DNA of 64,000 bases from Nematocida ausubeli. Taxonomy: Eukaryota. The notes below the pieces were generated by a model. The model searched no databases and was not told the DNA's origin. It saw nothing but the letters and a program-made list of their open reading frames with translations. The DNA is taken from NCBI RefSeq assembly GCF_000738915.1, contig NW_026515634.1, positions 310,001 to 374,000 of the forward strand. Reading direction: 5' to 3'. Of the stretch, positions 1-10,406 are shown piece by piece. Each line of letters opens with the position of its first letter. The stretch's first letter is position 1. A program made the translations under genes and the position numbers.

Positions 1-1520
1 ACAGGCCTATAGAGATCCAGCGCATCGCACAGCCAGTTGTAGCTTGCCCGCGAGTTGATGAACTCGGTCGTGCAGAACGAGTGTGTTATGTCCTCGAACG
101 AATCAGTCAAACAGTGTGTAAAGTCATACGATGGATAGATGACCCACTTGTCTCCCGTGCGCACATGCGGGTGCTTCACCACCCGGTATGCAATCAGATC
201 CCACAGCTGTGGATTGTCGCTTGTCATGTCCATCTTCATTCTTAGAACAGCCTCCCCTTCTTCATAGTGCCCATCCTTCATCTTCTGGAAGAGCTCAAGG
301 TTTTCCTCAATTGGCCTGTCTCTCCATGGGCTGATAACTCTTTCGCCTGCATCCTCTCCTGCAGCTTCCTTTTCTTTGCATTCATCAATCTTTGTTGCCA
401 TGGTCTCTTTCCTCTTTTCTGCAACCTCTTTTCGCGACAGATGGCATATATACGCCTTTCCTCGCTTGATCAGCTCAACTGCGCATTCGTACAGCCTATC
501 AAAATAATCAGACGCATTTGTGATTTCATCTGGCTTGAAACCCATCCACTCAACCATCTCTTTTATTTTTTCATAGTACTTCGTCTTCTCTGCCTTTGGA
601 TTTGTGTCGTCGTATCGCAGAGATATCCATCCATCATAGAACTCCTTATACCCGAAGTTTATACTCATAGCCTTTGCATGGCCAACGTGCAAGTGGCCAT
701 TTGGCTCTGGTGGAAACCGCACGCGCACCTGCCCCCGTGTTCTCTTGATGTGCTCTCGAAGAATCTCGTTGTTTTTTTGGTAGTTCGTAAAGGGCGTGTG
801 CATTGTTTGCATTTCTCCCTCAAGATACCGCGTCCATTTTCTGTCTTTGCTGTTGTACAGCTCATCTGAAATTGTCAATTGTTGGAATTTTTTATTTATT
901 GTTCGAGTCGGCGGGTGTGCTTGTGTTGCCATTTCAAGCAGCTCATTAATCATTTCATCTGTCAGGCCACCCACACTCTTTTCTAGCTTTTTTCCCTTCC
1001 CCTCAGCCACGCTTTTTATTTCCAGCCTGCCCATCAGCTCAAGAATCGTTTTTGGCGCCACAAACTGCAGCCTTGGATGGTGCTTCAGCTCTCTCAGCAC
1101 TTTTGCCTTTGGCTCGCCTGCATTCTCCTGCATGATAGCAGCCGCAACATTTTCCATCTCTGGCAGAGACGGTATGTTTCGATGCATCTGCTCTACAATC
1201 TCATCAACACTCATCTCGCGTGTACTGTGTTTTATAATACTCTCTGCATTTCTAATATCGATTTCTGTTTTTATTTCTGTCTTTTTAATCAGCTCAACAC
1301 ATATTTTTGCAGTACTTGCGCTATTTGCTAATTCAATTACCTTATACAGGAGCTTTTTCTGCTCAGAATCTAGATTCTCTGGGGTTTCTATCTCTGCTTC
1401 AATAGCTTCAAGCACATTTCTCACCCTTTTGTTCTCCAGCAGCTCTTGCGCTTTAGCTTCTTTTATTCCGACTTTGGCTAAATAGTCTAGGCCCTTTTTC
1501 TTTTCGCTTTGCAAGCTCAT
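1..1520 (-). CDS. GLN4: Glutaminyl-tRNA synthetase, runs off the left edge (3' partial)
   Basis: Not in the ORF track; translated by hand from ATG at 1520 (MSLQSEKKKG). Contains VRFPPEPNGHLHVGHAKA (HIGH motif), LRYDDTNP, AVLRMKMD..WDLIAYRV and IYPSYDFTHCLTDSFEDITHSFCTTEF, typical of eukaryotic GlnRS. Confidence 0.95.
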   Translation of the reverse strand, partial: MSLQSEKKKGLDYLAKVGIKEAKAQELLENKRVRNVLEAIEAEIETPENLDSEQKKLLYKVIELANSASTAKICVELIKKTEIKTEIDIRNAESIIKHSTREMSVDEIVEQMHRNIPSLPEMENVAAAIMQENAGEPKAKVLRELKHHPRLQFVAPKTILELMGRLEIKSVAEGKGKKLEKSVGGLTDEMINELLEMATQAHPPTRTINKKFQQLTISDELYNSKDRKWTRYLEGEMQTMHTPFTNYQKNNEILREHIKRTRGQVRVRFPPEPNGHLHVGHAKAMSINFGYKEFYDGWISLRYDDTNPKAEKTKYYEKIKEMVEWMGFKPDEITNASDYFDRLYECAVELIKRGKAYICHLSRKEVAEKRKETMATKIDECKEKEAAGEDAGERVISPWRDRPIEENLELFQKMKDGHYEEGEAVLRMKMDMTSDNPQLWDLIAYRVVKHPHVRTGDKWVIYPSYDFTHCLTDSFEDITHSFCTTEFINSRASYNWLCDALDLYRP

Positions 1521-1547
1521 TACAAAAATAAAATTTCAAATTTATTT
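1521..1547. promoter_or_regulatory. 27-bp bidirectional spacer with AAATTT-like motifs between GlnRS and the HECT ligase
   Basis: tacaaaaataaaatttcaaatttattt lies between divergent ATGs. AAATTT-like signals near starts are known in microsporidia. Confidence 0.6.
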
Positions 1548-3203
1548 ATGCTTGTTGAAGTCGATAAAGTTTCAATCCAGAGAAGAGGATATCGTCCTTT
1601 TTGGATGGGATCACAGCCTCTTTTTTCAGTAAAGGTTAAATGCAACCAGACAGAATCCCCTGTGGTCTCTGTGAATAACAGAAGAAGTTGTAGAATAGGG
1701 CTTGTGTTTGAAACAAATGCATCTGAAGATCAACTTGCTCTTGTGTTAACACTTAACAATGAAATTGTAAACATTCCTCTTGTATTAGACACATTTGTGA
1801 TTCCTGTTTTGTTTAAAAACTACAAAGTGACTATCTTTGTGAGAGTCATAGACCGGCCTTACTTTTCTCTTTACGAAATGAACTCGCTGCAGATGTCTTT
1901 GACAGATCCATCCGATTTGGTTCCAAATATCCAGTCCTTTTCAACCTACTACAGCACGAAAAATGGCCTGATCAAGCGCTATTTATACGACGGAAACAGC
2001 TACAAAGTCAACCCAAAGACATTTGAGGTCACTGACTACTTCCCAATCCTGCAAAACCCCATTATCGCAGAAGCCCACAGATACACGCTTTCTCTTCTGA
2101 AAGTCGGCATCACTAAGAGCTCAAAAGAAGACGAGGCATTTTTACGGAACCTTCGAAGGCTTAGAAGCTCGCCCAAAATGTTTATTTCCATATTTTTCCA
2201 CATCTCGCTAGAGGCTTCCCGAGAGTCGATTCTGCATTCTCTCTATAGACTATATGCAAATCCGTGCTATAAAAAGGATCTATATAAAAGAATAACAGTC
2301 AAGTTCGTTGGGGAAATGGGGGAGGACCACGGTGCTCTTCGCAAGGAGTTCTTTGAGCTTGCAGGAAACGAGATTGTGCAGGACAGCCGGTTCTCCCTTG
2401 TAAAGGGGCTTTTCGATCTGGCAACATCTTCCGAGCTGGCAGATGAAGCCCGCCCTAAGAAATATGTTCTTGATGTTACTGACACACAGTTCTATTCTTT
2501 TGTGGGCTTCTTTATTGGGCATGTCATCTTCCAGCAGGTGCAGATAAGCGTGCGCTTCACCAAGAGATTCTACATGGCTCTTCTGAAAAAAGAAAGCACG
2601 TACAATGATATTACAGATGAAACCCTGAAAAACAGTATAGATTGGATTAAAAATAACTCAGTTAGCTCAATGGACTTTGTGTTTAAGTCCAATAAGTTAG
2701 TAAATAACAGCAACAAAAACGAGTTTATTAAAGAGCTTATATACGAAGAAACATTTGGAAAATTTCCAGGATATTCTTCTATGGCGCAGGGCTTTGCTAA
2801 AGCCGTCTCAGATGTCATATTTAGCTTTGAGCCACACCACCTGGAGCGGCTGCTTTCTGGTGTCGCGCAAATTTCTGTTAGCCATCTGAAATCACTTGCA
2901 GTCTATCGGGACTGCACTGTGAACACGGAAGAAGTTGTAAATTTCTGGCGCATTCTAGAGTCCTCAAACGAGCAGTTCAAGCGGGATCTTCTTCGATTTG
3001 TTACGGGATCTTCTTCTCTTCAGAATATACCTGGCTCTGTTTCAGAGTGCATCATTATTACACAGATAAAGATACAAGGGTCTCTTCCAACGGCAAATAC
3101 GTGCTTTAGAAGGCTAGTATTATACAAGTATTCTTCGTACTCTGAGTTGAAAAATAAGCTAGAGAGATCTATAAAAGAAAACGGAGGCTTTCACTTTATA
3201 TAA
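1548..3203 (+). CDS. RSP5: HECT E3 ubiquitin ligase, Rsp5/Nedd4-like, with one degenerate WW domain
   Basis: DLYKRITVKFVGEMGEDHGALRKEFF, LLRFVTGSS and catalytic LPTANTCF. The pre-HECT segment FLRNLRRLRSSP resembles Rsp5 FRRKVIYFRSQP. First in-frame ATG is at 1548. Confidence 0.85.
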   Translation: MLVEVDKVSIQRRGYRPFWMGSQPLFSVKVKCNQTESPVVSVNNRRSCRIGLVFETNASEDQLALVLTLNNEIVNIPLVLDTFVIPVLFKNYKVTIFVRVIDRPYFSLYEMNSLQMSLTDPSDLVPNIQSFSTYYSTKNGLIKRYLYDGNSYKVNPKTFEVTDYFPILQNPIIAEAHRYTLSLLKVGITKSSKEDEAFLRNLRRLRSSPKMFISIFFHISLEASRESILHSLYRLYANPCYKKDLYKRITVKFVGEMGEDHGALRKEFFELAGNEIVQDSRFSLVKGLFDLATSSELADEARPKKYVLDVTDTQFYSFVGFFIGHVIFQQVQISVRFTKRFYMALLKKESTYNDITDETLKNSIDWIKNNSVSSMDFVFKSNKLVNNSNKNEFIKELIYEETFGKFPGYSSMAQGFAKAVSDVIFSFEPHHLERLLSGVAQISVSHLKSLAVYRDCTVNTEEVVNFWRILESSNEQFKRDLLRFVTGSSSLQNIPGSVSECIIITQIKIQGSLPTANTCFRRLVLYKYSSYSELKNKLERSIKENGGFHFI

Positions 3204-3940
3204 ACACATCTTTCTTTTCTATAAACAGACTATTTTTCAGTGTATCTTATTTACTTCTGCTCTTCTCTAGTGTCAATCCAACTTTTGTTTTTTAGCCATG
3301 CGAATTCTTTTGTGCTGTCACAGCTTCTAGCCATCATATGTCTATATTTTATGCTGTTTATATTCTTTCTTCTGTTTGCCTGCTTATTGAACTTAGCCAT
3401 GCTAATTCAAATATTTGCTTTTCGCTCTTAATTCTGCTCTGTGCTCTACATACTAGGGTGCATATATTACAAGATACTTTTTTTATAGTCTACACATCTG
3501 CAAAAAGATATTTTAGTGAATAATACATTTTTTTCTTTTCTATCTAGCCATACTTATTCTTTCTCTACATAACACTGCCTGAGCCATCTTAAATAAATAA
3601 ATTAGCTAATTGTAAGAAAAGCTAATGAAAATTGCTTAATAGAAAATAACTCTAGGCTAAACCATACAGATCTTTCTATATTCTCAAAAGAACATTTTAG
3701 ACCGTCTTCTGTGTTAATGTACACTGAAATGCATTATTTTATGCTGCTGTCATAGCTTTTTATGTGTGCAGTTTTCCAGGATATAAGGAGCATACTCAAA
3801 ATGTAAAAAACCGCAGAATTGCTATTTCTGCAAGCTGCTGTGTTGTTCTTCTTCATATATCCAGGAGTTCTGCTCTTTGCAAACTTCTTATAAAGACATG
3901 CAAATTGAAGGCTCTTATTTACCTGCTTGTTTATATTTAT

Positions 3941-5017
3941 ATGGATTTTGCAAAGAAAGAAGAGACCATTCCGGCCACCATGCGATATTTGATTGTGCTT
4001 GCCTCCTTTCTCAGCCTTCCTGTTTTTGTTGCAGAGCAAAGGTTACTGGAGAAGAAATACATACTTTGCTCTTTTGCAGGGTACACCGTAGGGCCCTTTC
4101 TTGCACTGATTCCTCTTGGATATAAGGCGCGCTGCATGCTTGGCAGTGCGTGCAGTGCTCTTCCTTTGTTTTTTTCGTTTGCTCCTTATCTGCATGCCTT
4201 TTTACTTGGCCTTATCTCTTCATACTATCGCCTTGTTATTGATTTGTTCTGCCAGGCGCTGTGTGTTAAAACAAAAAAGAAACAGGTTGTTATCATGACT
4301 AACCTGATCGGTGCATGGATTTCTTTTTTTACGTTCTTTTCTCTTCGGTTCTATCCTGTGATTTCCTTTTTTATTTGCACTCGCTTCTGCACTGTTCTTT
4401 TCGCATGCGCAGGCACTGTTTTGTCGTACATTTTTATTATTGAAACCCCCGAGGAGATATTCAAGCGGTATAGAGCAGCAGAGAAAAAAAGCGCTGCATA
4501 CGAAGATCTATATAAGTGCATTATGTATATCAATAGCTCGCAACAGATAAATATGGAGGACTTCCAGAAGGACTACAGAGAATATCTGAACGAGAAAACA
4601 CAACCCAACGATAACTCTACGCTGCGCGAAAGAGCAACTGCTATTCTTGCTGCTGTCAATATTTCCTTTATATACATAGCCTTTCAGCGGGCTGCAGGCG
4701 TGCAGAACAAATATTCACTCTATCGAATATTTTTAGGCTGCATGCAGCTGTTTACGTGGGCTATTAACTATATGTCTGGAATGGGAACCATATACTCTTT
4801 TTTAATACCTCCTGCTTCTCTTTATTTTGTGTGTGTTAGCACAAACAATCCTGAAGATATTGCGCTTGTTTTTGTCATGCTGTTTGGCATAGGGCTTGTC
4901 TCTCACAGAGCATCCGCGCACTCTCTTACTCCCGCAGAAATGGCGCTTTCTCGCAGCCTCCAGTATATTTTTGTAACTCCCATTTTCCTTATTCTTGTTC
5001 TTAATTTTCTGGACTAG
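3941..5017 (+). CDS. Multi-pass membrane protein, possibly a divergent MFS/sugar-porter-like transporter
   Basis: About 10 hydrophobic segments in two blocks split by a hydrophilic loop starting IETP (compare the PESP motif). ATG at 3941 chosen; the ORF is open from 3764. Confidence 0.5.
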   Translation: MDFAKKEETIPATMRYLIVLASFLSLPVFVAEQRLLEKKYILCSFAGYTVGPFLALIPLGYKARCMLGSACSALPLFFSFAPYLHAFLLGLISSYYRLVIDLFCQALCVKTKKKQVVIMTNLIGAWISFFTFFSLRFYPVISFFICTRFCTVLFACAGTVLSYIFIIETPEEIFKRYRAAEKKSAAYEDLYKCIMYINSSQQINMEDFQKDYREYLNEKTQPNDNSTLRERATAILAAVNISFIYIAFQRAAGVQNKYSLYRIFLGCMQLFTWAINYMSGMGTIYSFLIPPASLYFVCVSTNNPEDIALVFVMLFGIGLVSHRASAHSLTPAEMALSRSLQYIFVTPIFLILVLNFLD

Positions 5018-5420
5018 AGCCCTTCATGTACATAATAAACTAAGTTATCCACACATACTTATTATTTATGCAGATATAGTGTGTTTATGCCTTCTAAGAT
5101 ACTATAATTCATCTTTTCTAGATAAAATATTCTATATACTATTGAATCGGCCTCTCTGTTTGGAAGCTCTAATCTTGAAAATATGTGCTCTTTTATGTAT
5201 GCAATATGCTGTTGCTTTTTCTGGCTACTTCTAGTTTTCACCTGCACATGCTTTTCTGAATTTTATACATGCTATTTTATTCACTAAAATGAAAGTCTTT
5301 TTTATTTTCTTTTCTATAGAGGGTTTCTTTTATTTTAGTAAATGAAGAAATCGCATAATTACTCTATTATTTGTTGTTTTGGCATAAATATCTCTCAGTC
5401 AATTTGCCAAAAACAAACAT

Positions 5421-6260
5421 ATGGGGTCAATTATAGACATGAGGCACATATGCAGTCACGTTTCTCTCCCAGCATGCTCTATTCTCTTCAGGAATACAGT
5501 ACATGCACAGTACCCAACAAGAGCAGTTTCCGTATTTGGAATTAATCTGTACTCTATATATACTATCATAGCAATAATACTTAATATTATCCTTACAGTG
5601 ATTCTTATTAACAGAACCAAGATAAAGTACTCTTTTCCTGCAAGAAAGGAAACTCTTATATTTCTGAAGGTCTATCTTGGGGCGCTGTTATTCGATCTGG
5701 TGCTCTGCTCAGGCCTTGTAAAGTCTTCCTGGCATGCAGCGTATTCTGCAGTCATAAGCTTTCAGATAGCATGCACCATGACATGCTTTATTTCTGCCAT
5801 GTGCACTGGGCTTGTGTGGATGCTTCCAAACAGAGTGGCAAACTCCTGCTCCAAAATAGCTGCCTTTCTGACAATGTGCTCGCTTGCAGTGGGGTTCTTT
5901 GGGTCGCTCATTTCTATAACCTCGGGCTTGGGCGTAGGCCTATTTTTCCTTCTTTATCTTGTGCCCTTCTTTTTTGGAACACTGTTCATATTTACACAGC
6001 TGTCTAAGCTCAAGATTCTCAATGCAGAAATATGGAGCTATGCATCCTTGCTTCTCATCATCGGTCTTTCAGCAGTGATTGCAATAACACCAATGATATT
6101 GGGCAGAGTTATTGTTCTACTATCTGATCGATACCTAGATGGAATATTTCTCATACATGCAACTGCCATGTGTGTTGTTATCAAAGTATATGATCTGTGG
6201 GCTCTTGACAACGAGCAGGAAATTGAATGCGTTAATACTGTAAAGCTAGTTAATAAATAA
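5421..6260 (+). CDS. CHS7: Chitin synthase export chaperone, Chs7-like
   Basis: N-terminal ICSHVSLPAC (Chs7 C-x-x-x-x-LPxC), about 7 TM segments, C-terminal YLDGIF...VIKVYDLW. Confidence 0.8.
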   Translation: MGSIIDMRHICSHVSLPACSILFRNTVHAQYPTRAVSVFGINLYSIYTIIAIILNIILTVILINRTKIKYSFPARKETLIFLKVYLGALLFDLVLCSGLVKSSWHAAYSAVISFQIACTMTCFISAMCTGLVWMLPNRVANSCSKIAAFLTMCSLAVGFFGSLISITSGLGVGLFFLLYLVPFFFGTLFIFTQLSKLKILNAEIWSYASLLLIIGLSAVIAITPMILGRVIVLLSDRYLDGIFLIHATAMCVVIKVYDLWALDNEQEIECVNTVKLVNK

Positions 6261-6268
6261 ATTTTTGT

Positions 6269-8845
6269 ATGGAAGAAAAGACCACCCGCGTTCCCTCACG
6301 GGCATTTACCTCACTTCTTCGCTTTTCCAGCTCTATAGGCCTGCTAGGCTCAAAGTACCACTATGGGTTTATTTCGGATCTTGGGTCCACGCAGCAAGAC
6401 AGAGAGCAGATAACAGGATTTGTAAAAGCGCTTGAGCAGGAACACGCCCCATATGTGATAGTAAAAAAGTGCATAGTATATCTAGACAGAGAAAGACTGC
6501 GGGAGATAAGAAGAATGGGCAGAAAGCATCCAGAACATGCACTTCGCGTCTGCAGGGCTGCACTTGAACACTTAATTCCGAGATGGAGTGTGTCTCTTAA
6601 GACGCTGTTTCTCTCTGCTTTGCATCGCATGGAAGATAAAGTAGAACACATACAGCTTGCAGTAGAAGTAAGTGAGGCCTTAGAGCATGCTCTTGATACG
6701 CCCACGCAAGAATATCTAGACAGATATATTGCTTCTAGATGCACACACGGCATAATATTGCAGGCTATTAGGTTCATGCTGGAACACACAAAATATACAA
6801 AGTATCTATCAAGCCTGCTGTCTATATGCTATTCATCAAGCGAAGGAAAGGAGTATTTTCTCTCTCTTCTGCAGGTGCGCACTGCCAGTAGCACTCTTCT
6901 CTATATTCATACTGTGCACGCTCTTTTTAAAAAGAATGTATTTCATCGCCTAAATGCACAGAGCGCATTGCAGAGCCGTATTACAGATATCATTGCTTGC
7001 GAGATGCATTGGCTCACAGAGAAAAGGAAGTATAGAGATGATTCATCCACAAAAAAGATCAAAATAGAAAGTACAGGTATGTACAGCAATTCCCACAGTA
7101 GAGTGCTTGCAAGTGCTCTGCATTTCTTAGAGGTAGCTTTTAGATGTAGCTGGTTATCTTCTGCCCAGATAAAAGCCACAATTCCACTTCTATTTGCTTT
7201 ATTTAAGAAAAGCCAAAAGATTAAAGCACTTAGAACGCTCTCATATACAGCACAGCACATGAATAAGGAAGATGCTGCAGTTCTATCTAGTGCAGGTATG
7301 TCTTACATCTCTTCTACTTTGGAAAAGGAGGAGAAAGAAAACATACAAAAAGATATATCATCAGTAGTGGTGCTGTATAACATTTCCACGCCTGAAAATA
7401 TTCAGCTGCTAGGAATGTCTGGCATATATAGGCTATTGGAAATGAAGGAAATAAGCAACCAAAAACTCACTGCTATTATTGGAAGGGCATGCCAGAACAA
7501 GTATATGTGCCTGCAACTCTTTGAAGAGCTTATAAACAAGCACGAAAGCTCGCTTGCTATTATTAAAGCATTTGCACATGCAAAGATACAGCTTTCAGAC
7601 GAGATGCTTTCTAGCTATGTGGATATGGTTCAGAGTCAAGGTGGGCCTGGATGGATAGTTACTGAGCACAGCTCTAAATACATTATAGAGATTCTGCCAG
7701 AAGATCAGAAGGAAGAACTTACCTGCCATATGCTTCAATGGGCAAGTGCTCTTCTTTCTCGATCTGAAAACAGCATATACTTATGCCACATTATTTCTGA
7801 GTGCGCTGCACATGTATCAAGCTCCTCTGCGCTGCATGCTGCATTAACATCTCTTTATGCCCAATTTGGAGAGAAATCCGACAGTGCAGCCTTCTTTCGA
7901 GCATGCCATGCTATCTTTTGTCGTCTCATAGCGCTAGGCCAGCTATCTACAGATAGCTCCATGATTTCCGTGTTTGTGTTCAAGCTTCCCTGCTGGATCC
8001 GTGAAGTAGAGACCGCTCTTTTGCCAAGAATATACAAACTTGCACGCTGCCTGCATGCACACACGCGCGGGTGGATAGAGTGGGACAATACTTTTTTTTC
8101 GGTGCTGGAGAGACTTCCAGCATACGCGCCTGGCAAGAAAACTGCAGAGTTTTATTTGATGGAGTCTCTCTGCTATTATAGAAATATAGACAGGGCCACA
8201 AAGATAATAGACCGCTACACAGCTAGCCCAAATGCAGCACGCTGTGCATACAGGGCCCTCCAGGCTTTTAGCGCGGGCGGCTTCATGAAAGAGGTTCTTA
8301 GCTATCTTATAAAACGATACACCGAAGAGAAGACAGAAAAGAAAGCTGCAATAGTTAAACTTATTGTCTCAAGTGTGAAAGGAACAACCGAGAAAACAGA
8401 TCACTCTGTGAATAGCCTCTTAGTTGCAGTCCCTGTTCTTGAAGATGCGCTAAAATCAGGCAATACATCAGGAAAAAAGAACGCACTAGTTTTATCTGCT
8501 CTTCTCATCCAGAAATCTGCTGGCTCTGTGATTGGGTATAAAATGGCAGTGCATATACTCAACTGTGTTTTTCCATTAATTCTCAACAAAAAAACACAAA
8601 AAGAGTTCTTGGCTGTTCTAGCAGCTGCTACAAAGAGTCTGTCTGTTGAATTTGTTGCGTCATATCTCACGCCAGGCCTGGCACATCCCGACAAACGGGT
8701 TAGAAGCATGTACCAAAAGTCCTATATCCATGTAAAGAATAGTATATTATATGTCTCTCTGTTAGGGCTTCCTGACCCTATGGAGATTCCTGACTTTCTA
8801 TCTACATGCATAATTTCGCATAGAGAGTTTACAAAAAATTTCTAG
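6269..8845 (+). CDS. HSH155: HEAT-repeat protein, divergent SF3B1/Hsh155 (U2 snRNP)
   Basis: VAVPVLEDAL, HILNCVFPLI and YLTPGLAHPDKRVRSMYQKSY are collinear with SF3B1 AVTPLLEDAL, HLLNYVWPNV and [21 protein letters not shown]. Confidence 0.7.
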   Translation: MEEKTTRVPSRAFTSLLRFSSSIGLLGSKYHYGFISDLGSTQQDREQITGFVKALEQEHAPYVIVKKCIVYLDRERLREIRRMGRKHPEHALRVCRAALEHLIPRWSVSLKTLFLSALHRMEDKVEHIQLAVEVSEALEHALDTPTQEYLDRYIASRCTHGIILQAIRFMLEHTKYTKYLSSLLSICYSSSEGKEYFLSLLQVRTASSTLLYIHTVHALFKKNVFHRLNAQSALQSRITDIIACEMHWLTEKRKYRDDSSTKKIKIESTGMYSNSHSRVLASALHFLEVAFRCSWLSSAQIKATIPLLFALFKKSQKIKALRTLSYTAQHMNKEDAAVLSSAGMSYISSTLEKEEKENIQKDISSVVVLYNISTPENIQLLGMSGIYRLLEMKEISNQKLTAIIGRACQNKYMCLQLFEELINKHESSLAIIKAFAHAKIQLSDEMLSSYVDMVQSQGGPGWIVTEHSSKYIIEILPEDQKEELTCHMLQWASALLSRSENSIYLCHIISECAAHVSSSSALHAALTSLYAQFGEKSDSAAFFRACHAIFCRLIALGQLSTDSSMISVFVFKLPCWIREVETALLPRIYKLARCLHAHTRGWIEWDNTFFSVLERLPAYAPGKKTAEFYLMESLCYYRNIDRATKIIDRYTASPNAARCAYRALQAFSAGGFMKEVLSYLIKRYTEEKTEKKAAIVKLIVSSVKGTTEKTDHSVNSLLVAVPVLEDALKSGNTSGKKNALVLSALLIQKSAGSVIGYKMAVHILNCVFPLILNKKTQKEFLAVLAAATKSLSVEFVASYLTPGLAHPDKRVRSMYQKSYIHVKNSILYVSLLGLPDPMEIPDFLSTCIISHREFTKNF

Positions 8846-8958
8846 TGTCTGCATATTTTTATTGCTGGATATAAAGACAGACAGTATAGCTTAAAATATT
8901 TTGCATATAGAAAGAAAAGTCTACAGTAAAATCAGCATAGCAATAAATTTATTTTATT

Positions 8959-9522
8959 ATGCTTTTCTATCCAGCAAGTGAAGATACATATCTTATGGAG
9001 GATGCAATTAGAGCAAGGCCCGAAAGAAATGTCCAGTTTATTGTTGAGGTTGGATGCGGCTCTGGGTATATAAGCAAGGTTCTGGCAGAGGTCTACCCAT
9101 CTTCGCAAATAATAAGCACGGATATAAACCCCCATGCTATAGAAGAGACTTCTCGTGTCTGCAAGGGGCTAAATGTCACTGTTGTTCAGACGTCCATAAT
9201 AGATGGTATAAAAGAAAGCATAGACATGGCCGTTTTCAACCCACCATATCTTCCGAGTGAAAAGGAATACCTAACAGGCGAGTGGATGGATAGAGCCTGG
9301 GCAGGCGGTGAGAAGGGCATGGAAATAACTAATAAATTCCTTGATGAAACTGCGCATATTCGTATACGATATGTTCTTCTTTGCCAGTACAACAATCCAG
9401 CGGATGTAATAGAGAAGCTTGTATCTAAAGGATACTGTGTAGAAGTTATTAAGCAGCAGAAAATACTTAATGAAAACCTTCAGATTGTTAGAATAGAGCG
9501 CAATGAGGCAAGCACTGAGTAG
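8959..9522 (+). CDS. MTQ2: eRF1 glutamine methyltransferase catalytic subunit (Mtq2/HemK2/N6AMT1)
   Basis: YPASEDTYL, VEVGCGSG (SAM motif I), FNPPY, AWAGG. Confidence 0.9.
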   Translation: MLFYPASEDTYLMEDAIRARPERNVQFIVEVGCGSGYISKVLAEVYPSSQIISTDINPHAIEETSRVCKGLNVTVVQTSIIDGIKESIDMAVFNPPYLPSEKEYLTGEWMDRAWAGGEKGMEITNKFLDETAHIRIRYVLLCQYNNPADVIEKLVSKGYCVEVIKQQKILNENLQIVRIERNEASTE

Positions 9523-10406
9523 ATATATGCACTTTATTCGGCCTTTAAAGCAGAATAAAGAGGCTTGGCATCACTGCATTATAGAATTTCACAGTAGCCA
9601 GTGCATCATATTAAAGGGTCCATATTTGCATATTCTAAAAGAAAAAGGTTTGTGTGCCACTAGCGCAGTATATAGACAGGTAATTAAAATAAAGAGTATT
9701 TAAAACAGACTTGCCTTCGAATAAAGCAGTCTCCAATAAGAAGACTTCCTGTCTGCCAGAAAATTGAAGTCAAAGCGATATGATAGGGCAATATATGTCT
9801 AGAGTTTTTATTGCTCTTTCTGAGCTTCTATAATAAAGATCTACTTCTATTACTCTGCAATTGTTATGTGTCTATAAGGGCATTTTCGCAGCCTGCTCAC
9901 AGATACATACACATGTACATAGTCTTTTGTATCATTGTACAGACACTTAGCAGAGTCCTCTGGCAGCTTAGATAGTTCCATAAAAGTTTCGGGCTTATGT
10001 TTCATTATATTGTTTTAAGTAAAAAACTGGCCAATACCCTGCATGCCCACAGGGAAAAATTTCTGGCATTGGAAGACACCAACTGCATATTGCGCTCAGA
10101 CTTCAATTTATATTAAACCATAGAGAATAAGAATAGAGCTCTTCTAATAAAGACCGATAAGACCTCGGGCTTTCAATTTAGAGACATAGTCTACTTTCAT
10201 CTGAATGCACTTCATATAGAGTGGAAATATTGTGCAGTGGTATGAATCTTTTGGCAGGCCGTATTTAAGAATACACAAATGAGCATGCGCTAATTTCAAC
10301 CTCAAGTTGAGCGTGGTTAAAAAGAACTAGCGCACATCTTTGGTACAGCTCAAAGATATAGAGAGTAAGCATAGAGGCATTTACTGTGGCATTAATCTAT
10401 ATTTAT

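Noticed and set aside
267..1485. Plus-strand ORFs of 200 and 229 aa
   Set aside because: Antisense to the GlnRS gene, which the ORF track missed because it runs off the window edge.
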